Of a stretch of DNA of 32,000 nucleotides, positions 27,249-32,000 are shown piece after piece. The notes under the pieces were generated by a model, which was not told the DNA's origin, ran no database searches, and worked only from the letters and a program-made list of their open reading frames with translations. Both the position numbers and the translations under genes were made by a program. The stretch lies in assembly GCF_000022265.1 (NCBI RefSeq), contig NC_011979.1, forward strand, positions 4,260,001-4,292,000, read 5' to 3'. Each line of letters begins with the position of its first letter. Position 1 is the first letter of the stretch. The stretch comes from Geotalea daltonii FRC-32 (GTDB lineage Bacteria > Desulfobacterota > Desulfuromonadia > Geobacterales > Geobacteraceae).

Positions 27249-28025
27249 ATGTCGGCTTTGCACCGTTTTTCACGAACCGAATTGCTCATTGGCCCGCAAG
27301 GGCTCGCTACGCTTAAGGAAAGCTCTGTCGCTGTTTTCGGTCTTGGGGGTGTCGGCAGCTATGCCGCCGAAGCATTGTGCCGGGCCGGAATCGGCAAGCT
27401 GGTGCTGGTGGATTTCGATGACATCTGCCTGACCAATGTCAACAGACAGCTACATGCCATGGACGGCACTGTCGGCAAGGCAAAAGCCACCGTCATGGCT
27501 GAGCGGTTGCGGCTGATCAATCCTGAGGCAGAGATCATCCCCTTCAAGGATTTTTATACTGCCGAAAACAGCGACTTTCTCCTGGCAAGCGGCTACGATT
27601 ATGTGGTCGACGCCATCGATCACTTCACCAGCAAGCTACATCTGATTGTGACATGCAGGGAACGGCAGATACCGATTATTTCCAGCATGGGCGCAGCCGC
27701 CAAACTGGACCCGACCCAGGTAAAGGTTGCCGATATCTCTGAAACACATAAATGCCGCATGGCCCGTTCCATGAGGAAGCTGCTGCGGAAGAAAGGCATA
27801 TCAAAAGGGGTACAGGTCGTCTATTCCACCGAGGAATACCGTGAGCCTGAGGTTAAAGATGGTGGCTGCAAAGGCAACTGCATCTGCCCCAACAAGGATA
27901 ATCAGCAGTTTTCCTGCGAACACCGTCGGGTAATTCTCGGCAGTATCTCCTATATTCCTTCCATCTTCGGCCTTACCATGGCCGGAGTCGTGGTCAATTC
28001 CCTTCTTGATACCAATAAAAAATGA
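27249..28025 (+). CDS. tcdA: tRNA cyclic t6A dehydratase TcdA (ThiF/E1-like)
   Basis: RFSRTELLIG...VAVFGLGGVGSYAAEALCRAGIGKLVLVDFDDICLTNVNRQ, a Rossmann E1-like fold typical of TcdA/CsdL. Length is 258 aa. Confidence 0.8.
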   Translation: MSALHRFSRTELLIGPQGLATLKESSVAVFGLGGVGSYAAEALCRAGIGKLVLVDFDDICLTNVNRQLHAMDGTVGKAKATVMAERLRLINPEAEIIPFKDFYTAENSDFLLASGYDYVVDAIDHFTSKLHLIVTCRERQIPIISSMGAAAKLDPTQVKVADISETHKCRMARSMRKLLRKKGISKGVQVVYSTEEYREPEVKDGGCKGNCICPNKDNQQFSCEHRRVILGSISYIPSIFGLTMAGVVVNSLLDTNKK

Positions 28026-28031
28026 CCACTG

Positions 28032-28059
28032 TTGACCGCTCTCTTTTTCCCGCTATACT
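28032..28059 (+). promoter_or_regulatory. Candidate sigma70 promoter for the ferritin-like/cytochrome pair
   Basis: TTGACC (28032-28037), a 16-nt spacer, then TATACT (28054-28059). Confidence 0.4.
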
Positions 28060-28101
28060 TTTCTTTACCTCACTTTTATTGGTGCATGACAGGAGGATAC
28101 C

Positions 28102-28599
28102 ATGGGAAAAGAATACACGGTACAGGAAGCGCTGAAACTCGCCATTCAGGCCGAAAAGGACAGCATGGATTTCTATCGTCGTGCGGCTGCGGTAACGAAG
28201 AATGAGAGAGCCAAGAAAGTTCTGGAACTTTTGGCCAACGAAGAGGTCGGGCACCTGAAGTCATTTTTCGACCATTACAAGGGAGGAGAATTCGGGGATC
28301 TCAAATCCTACATGGAGTCACCGCCCAACAAGAAAAATGCCATTTTCCTTGCCCTGGAAAAGGCTATCGATGAGGATACCCACGAACAGAAAGCGCTCGA
28401 AATTGCCCTCAAGGAAGAGAAGGCCTGCATTGAACAGTACACCCTGCTAGCCAAGGATATCGTCGATCCCTTGGTGAGAAAGATATTCGAGCAGGTGGTG
28501 AAAGAGACGCAAAACCACTATGAGATGATTGAAGACGAATACATGCATGTCATGACCATGGTCCACAGGTCGGATCAGGACATCTACGTGAGGGAATAA
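28102..28599 (+). CDS. Ferritin-like / rubrerythrin-family four-helix-bundle protein (no rubredoxin domain, no signal peptide)
   Basis: 165 aa with helix pattern AIQAEKDSMDFY / LANEEVGHL / ALKEEKACIEQY / VKETQNHYEM, resembling di-iron E...ExxH repeats. AGGAGG lies upstream of the start. Confidence 0.7.
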   Translation: MGKEYTVQEALKLAIQAEKDSMDFYRRAAAVTKNERAKKVLELLANEEVGHLKSFFDHYKGGEFGDLKSYMESPPNKKNAIFLALEKAIDEDTHEQKALEIALKEEKACIEQYTLLAKDIVDPLVRKIFEQVVKETQNHYEMIEDEYMHVMTMVHRSDQDIYVRE

Positions 28600-28896
28600 A
28601 TGTATTTATTATATTTAGTGGCTGCAATAATGATGTTGGCCAGCTCCGGCCATGTCCTGGCCGCCGCCCAGGGAGATGTCAGGGGAATAAGCCTCCCCCC
28701 TGCCGAAAACCGGATTATCGATGAGAAATGCCTTGGCTGTCATAACCGGCAAAAGATCGATGCTGCTGTAAAACAGCGGAAAAGCATGGAAAAGATCATG
28801 CGCCAGATGGAGGAAAAGGGGGTTACCCTGACTGATGCGGATCGCCAGGTGCTGGGGCATTTTTGGCAACAGAACCCCTTGAAAAAAGACAAGTAG
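28600..28896 (+). CDS. Small secreted monohaem c-type cytochrome-like protein
   Basis: The ATG abuts the upstream TAA (TAAATG). Signal peptide MYLLYLVAAIMMLASSGHVLAAA and a single CLGCH motif. Length is 98 aa. Confidence 0.55.
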   Translation: MYLLYLVAAIMMLASSGHVLAAAQGDVRGISLPPAENRIIDEKCLGCHNRQKIDAAVKQRKSMEKIMRQMEEKGVTLTDADRQVLGHFWQQNPLKKDK

Positions 28897-29001
28897 ACCT
28901 AAAACATGATGAGGCCGATATGCTAGGCTCAAGTACGTTTGAGTTCCGAATGAGCGGCAACACAGCAGATTGTTCCGCAATAGTTTTTTCAAAGCCCTGA
29001 T

Positions 29002-29037
29002 AAAAAAAGCTCCCCATTCAGCGGGAGCTTTTTTTTT
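29002..29037. terminator. Bidirectional rho-independent terminator
   Basis: An A7 run, then AGCTCCC (29008-29014) pairing with GGGAGCT (29023-29029), then a T9 run. It lies between convergent genes. Confidence 0.8.
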
Positions 29038-29055
29038 GCCAGATTGGTCATGTTA

Positions 29056-29823
29056 TTAAACGCTGTAGTCTCGGTAGTATCTCTTCACCTTTACCAAGTA
29101 ATCTCTGGTTTCCCGCGGCAGCGACTCAGCATGCCTGTCAACGTTGCCGGGCCCCCAGTTATAAGCAGCCAGAGCGGAATCCACATTCCCGCCATAACGA
29201 TTGAGCATATCCTTTAAAAACCTTGTTCCGGCCATTACATTCTGTTCGGCATCGAAAGAATCGGTCACACCCAGCCCCTTGGCAGTGGATGGCATGAGCT
29301 GCATTAGCCCTTGTGCTCCCGCATGGGAAACGGCATGGGCATTGAAATTACTCTCCGCCTTTATCACTGCCTTGATCAGACCCACCTCAACCCCATACCG
29401 CTTGGAGGCGCGAACGATAATCGTCTCCAGTGAGGAGTTCTGGGCAACTGGCAAAGTGGTGGCAGGATGCTCTTCAGGAGCGATGCTTATCGCATTCGGG
29501 GCCTCAGGGGAGGCTGTAGGGTGCTGTCGCTGCTGCTCAAGGTATGTGGACAGGGCTCTGCTGATGGAATCAGCAGTGGGCATTGTACTGTAACCGTCAT
29601 CGCTGCCTGCCAGAGATACTGCTGAACGCAGCATCTGCAGCCGGAGGATCTCTGCTGCCGTCTCAGCATCGGCGGGTGTTACACTGTTGACGAAGGTGGA
29701 GGTTTCGGAAGTTTTAAGAAGTTCGACAAATTTATCTTCTTTTTGCCTGTCACCAGAGTTAAGCCGCACCGGTGACCTAGCTGTTGCAACCTGCGGAGCG
29801 GTTTCGATCTGATTTATGGCCAT
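29056..29823 (-). CDS. Lytic transglycosylase (SLT domain) with a non-hydrophobic N-terminal extension
   Basis: The C-terminal half has ESNFN...AGAQGLMQLMPSTA...AYNWGPGNV (SLT catalytic Glu plus signature). The N-terminal ~130 aa has no hydrophobic signal-like stretch. The start lies 9 nt after the upstream regulator stop. Confidence 0.88.
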   Translation of the reverse strand: MAINQIETAPQVATARSPVRLNSGDRQKEDKFVELLKTSETSTFVNSVTPADAETAAEILRLQMLRSAVSLAGSDDGYSTMPTADSISRALSTYLEQQRQHPTASPEAPNAISIAPEEHPATTLPVAQNSSLETIIVRASKRYGVEVGLIKAVIKAESNFNAHAVSHAGAQGLMQLMPSTAKGLGVTDSFDAEQNVMAGTRFLKDMLNRYGGNVDSALAAYNWGPGNVDRHAESLPRETRDYLVKVKRYYRDYSV

Positions 29824-29832
29824 AGGGATATC

Positions 29833-31233
29833 CTAAGAGCTGGAAAAGGAAGCATCATTAAAAAGAAGCTTCTTTTTCTTCAGCTTCTCGATGAGCGTAG
29901 TCCGTTTCAGGTTCAGAAGGTTCGCAGCTTCCTTCTTGTTCCCCCCGGTTTTCTCCAGCGCCTGCAAGATCAGCCGGTTTTCGAAATCTTCCACTGCACT
30001 GTTCAGGCAGAAACCGCTGTCGGGAAGGGTCAATTGTTCTGACTTTCCTGCAGATTTGATGCCACGGTATTTTTCCGGCAGATCGTTGAAAAGGATGGTG
30101 CCGCTGCCTTTTATTATAACCATGCGCTCCACAAGGTTTTCCAACTCCCTGACATTTCCCGGCCAGTCGTAATTACACAAGATATCCATGGTACTTTTGT
30201 CAAAAGATTGAACCTTACGCTGTTTATTCTTGTTGAACTTTTCGAGGAAATTGTTGATCAGCAACGGGACATCGGATTTTCGCTCTCTGAGCGGAGGCAG
30301 CATTATGGGAATGACAGACAGCCGGTAATAGAGGTCTTCCCGGAATATCTTAGAGGCTACAAGGTGCTCAAGGTTCTGATTGGTGGCAGCAATGATGCGT
30401 ACATCCACTTTTTTTGTTCTGGCAGCACCGACCGGCTCCAATTCCTTGTTCTGCAGTACCCGCAACAGCTTTACCTGCAGGTTAGGTTTCATGTCCCCGA
30501 TCTCGTCAAGAAACAGTGTTCCCCGGTCGGCCATCTCGAATCGGCCGATGCGTGTCGCTACTGCCCCGGTAAAAGAACCCTTCACATGGCCAAAAAGTTC
30601 ACTCTCCAGCAAGTCATCGGGTATGGCAGCACAGTTGACCGGCACGAAATTTTTGGTCGCCCTGTTGCTTAAATCGTGGATGGCCTTTGCCACAAGTTCT
30701 TTGCCGGTGCCTGATTCACCTTGAATTAGGACGGTAGAGTCAGACCCGGCAACTTTTTCGATCATTTCGAAGAGGGAGAGCATTTTTTCACTCTCTCCGA
30801 TGATGTGATTCAACAGCGAGCGGTTCTTGATACAAGGCTTGGCCTTGAAACTCTGACGTTGCAGCGTCTGGTGCTCAAGCCCCCTTTTTACATGAGTTTC
30901 CAGCTCTTCAAGGTTAAACGGTTTTTCCAGAAAGAAAAAAGCCCCTGCCTTGAGAAGATTCGCCGTCATCTCATAATTGGCAAAGGCGCTGTATGCGATG
31001 GTCACTATCTCCGGTCGCATTGCTTTCAGTTTTTTGATGAATTCCAGGCCGTTTATACGCGGCATCATGATGTCGGTGATAACCATCTGCACATCGTTGA
31101 GTTCTATTTTCTCCAGGGCATCTTGGCCATCGCCTGCCTGGAACACCTGGTAGCCCTTATAACTGAGAAAGGCTGCAACGAAATCCCGGGTCTTCTTGTC
31201 ATCATCCGCTATGAGTATTCTGGCACTTTCCAT
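29833..31233 (-). CDS. Sigma54-dependent response regulator (REC + AAA+ EBP + Fis HTH; NtrC family)
   Basis: REC domain with ITDIMMP. Walker A is GESGTGKE, the sigma54-contact loop is GSFTGA, and Walker B is LFLDEIG. The C-terminal HTH reads GNKKEAANLLNLKRTTL. Confidence 0.93.
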   Translation of the reverse strand: MESARILIADDDKKTRDFVAAFLSYKGYQVFQAGDGQDALEKIELNDVQMVITDIMMPRINGLEFIKKLKAMRPEIVTIAYSAFANYEMTANLLKAGAFFFLEKPFNLEELETHVKRGLEHQTLQRQSFKAKPCIKNRSLLNHIIGESEKMLSLFEMIEKVAGSDSTVLIQGESGTGKELVAKAIHDLSNRATKNFVPVNCAAIPDDLLESELFGHVKGSFTGAVATRIGRFEMADRGTLFLDEIGDMKPNLQVKLLRVLQNKELEPVGAARTKKVDVRIIAATNQNLEHLVASKIFREDLYYRLSVIPIMLPPLRERKSDVPLLINNFLEKFNKNKQRKVQSFDKSTMDILCNYDWPGNVRELENLVERMVIIKGSGTILFNDLPEKYRGIKSAGKSEQLTLPDSGFCLNSAVEDFENRLILQALEKTGGNKKEAANLLNLKRTTLIEKLKKKKLLFNDASFSSS

Positions 31234-31433
31234 TTTTTCCCCATTCGTTCAGGTAAGATGGTGATGAAAGTTTTGACCGCCCCTCTTGCATCGGGCAAAA
31301 AACATTATAGTCAACCACTGGTACAATGTCAATAAAATGACTTGGCTTATTTTACCATTGTTGATCGGGTTTTCCGTACATGGGAACCGATGGGAGATAT
31401 TTCACCCTTCATGGAGCAGCACAGAAAAAACGC

Positions 31434-31461
31434 TAAACCAATGGCCATCTTCTACCGATTA
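31434..31461 (+). promoter_or_regulatory. Weak candidate sigma28 (FliA)-type promoter upstream of cheW
   Basis: TAAA (31434-31437), 17 nt, then CCGATTA (31455-31461), compared with the textbook TAAA-N15-GCCGATAA. The spacing is one off and the G is absent. Confidence 0.25.
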
Positions 31462-31520
31462 GGGTAGGAAGGAGCTTATCAGTTCCTTTCGTTTCTTAAC
31501 CGATTATCAGGAGGACCTCG

Positions 31521-32000
31521 ATGGAAAATGCGTTGCAGGTTAGGAATGAATCTGTAACAGGTGAACTGATCCAGCTTGTCAGCTTCTGTCTTGACCATGA
31601 AGAATACGGCGTCAATGTCTTGAAAGTCCGCGAAATCATCCGCCTGCTGAACATTACACGGGTGCCCAACGCCCCTTCATACGTCGATGGTGTTATTAAC
31701 CTGCGTGGAAAGGTTATTCCCATAATTTCCCTGCGCAAAAAATTCAACCTCCCCGATGCGGAAATCGACAAAAGGACTCGTATCATGGTCATTGAATCAG
31801 GGAGCGAAATGATGGGTTTTATCGTGGATGAGGTTTCAGAGGTAATAAGAATCTCTGCCCACGATATCCAGCCGCCTCCGCCGGTCGCCAACAGCACTAT
31901 CGACCTGGACTGCATGTCTGGGGTCGTAAACCAGGCTGAACGTCTGTTGGTGCTGCTGGACCTGGAAAAGATGTGCACCCATGAAGATAATATGCTGTTC
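31521..32000 (+). CDS. cheW: Chemotaxis coupling protein CheW (3' end beyond the window; not in the ORF track)
   Basis: My own translation starts from ATG 31521, with AGGAGG at 31509-31514: MENALQVRNESVTGELIQLVSFCLDHEEYGVNVLKVREIIRLLNITRVPNAPSYVDGVINLRGKVIPIISLRKKF... The frame is open for all 160 codons to base 32000. The sequence is classic CheW. Confidence 0.9.
   Translation, partial: MENALQVRNESVTGELIQLVSFCLDHEEYGVNVLKVREIIRLLNITRVPNAPSYVDGVINLRGKVIPIISLRKKFNLPDAEIDKRTRIMVIESGSEMMGFIVDEVSEVIRISAHDIQPPPPVANSTIDLDCMSGVVNQAERLLVLLDLEKMCTHEDNMLF

Noticed and set aside
31496-31978. 160-aa - strand ORF listed in the track
   Set aside because: It is antisense to an open + frame (31521-32000) that translates to a textbook CheW with a strong AGGAGG RBS. 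That + ORF is missing from the track only because it has no stop within the window.
1-32000. Scan for CRISPR arrays, tRNA/rRNA genes, transposases, integrases, prophage or defence/toxin-antitoxin modules
   Set aside because: I saw no regularly spaced direct repeats, no tRNA T-arm signatures, and no ORF with recombinase, nuclease-defence or toxin-antitoxin hallmarks. Every ORF larger than 90 aa that is not an antisense shadow has an ordinary assignment.

Overview
This window reads as a mostly core-housekeeping chromosomal segment. It looks like a delta-proteobacterial, Geobacter/Desulfuromonas-like genome; that is an inference from protein flavour and the number of small c-type cytochrome genes, and it is not verified.

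Gene order:
- rnj (3' end), ftsK, ACT-domain protein, def, ccsA-like and resB-like haem-lyase pair
- [176-bp repeat, copy 1]
- PhnD-like binding lipoprotein plus hybrid histidine kinase
- cyclophilin (-), phosphogluco/phosphomannomutase, cspA, uvrA, EamA transporter
- two outer-membrane beta-barrel genes (-)
- [176-bp repeat, copy 2, inverted]
- PBP1A, hup, dihaem cytochrome lipoprotein / pyk / OYE flavoreductase
- prfC (-), tatD, tcdA, ferritin-like protein plus monohaem cytochrome
- SLT transglycosylase (-), sigma54 response regulator (-), cheW

cheW runs off the window end and is therefore missing from the ORF track. I saw no rRNA, tRNA, CRISPR array, transposase, phage genes or recognisable defence or toxin genes.

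The clearest signal not explained by genes is a 176-bp element present twice (5429-5604 on +, 18139-18314 on -). The copies are 169/176 identical. Each has 15-bp terminal inverted repeats and its own 6-bp direct flanking duplication, which is a MITE-like signature. Both copies sit sense-oriented just upstream of envelope-protein operons, and together they bracket about 12.5 kb as inverted repeats.

Secondary observations:
- a C6/C6/G7/G6/G4 tract structure over the ccsA-like RBS
- a CcsA-like protein with a Thr in place of the WWD-motif Asp, paired with a miniature ResB
- two cytochrome genes tightly coupled to cytoplasmic-protein genes (pyk, ferritin-like)
- a signal-peptide-less lytic transglycosylase next to a sigma54 regulator and cheW
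- several unusual stem-loops

I cannot point to a convincing novel multi-gene system here. All family assignments are from motif recall, with no searches run.
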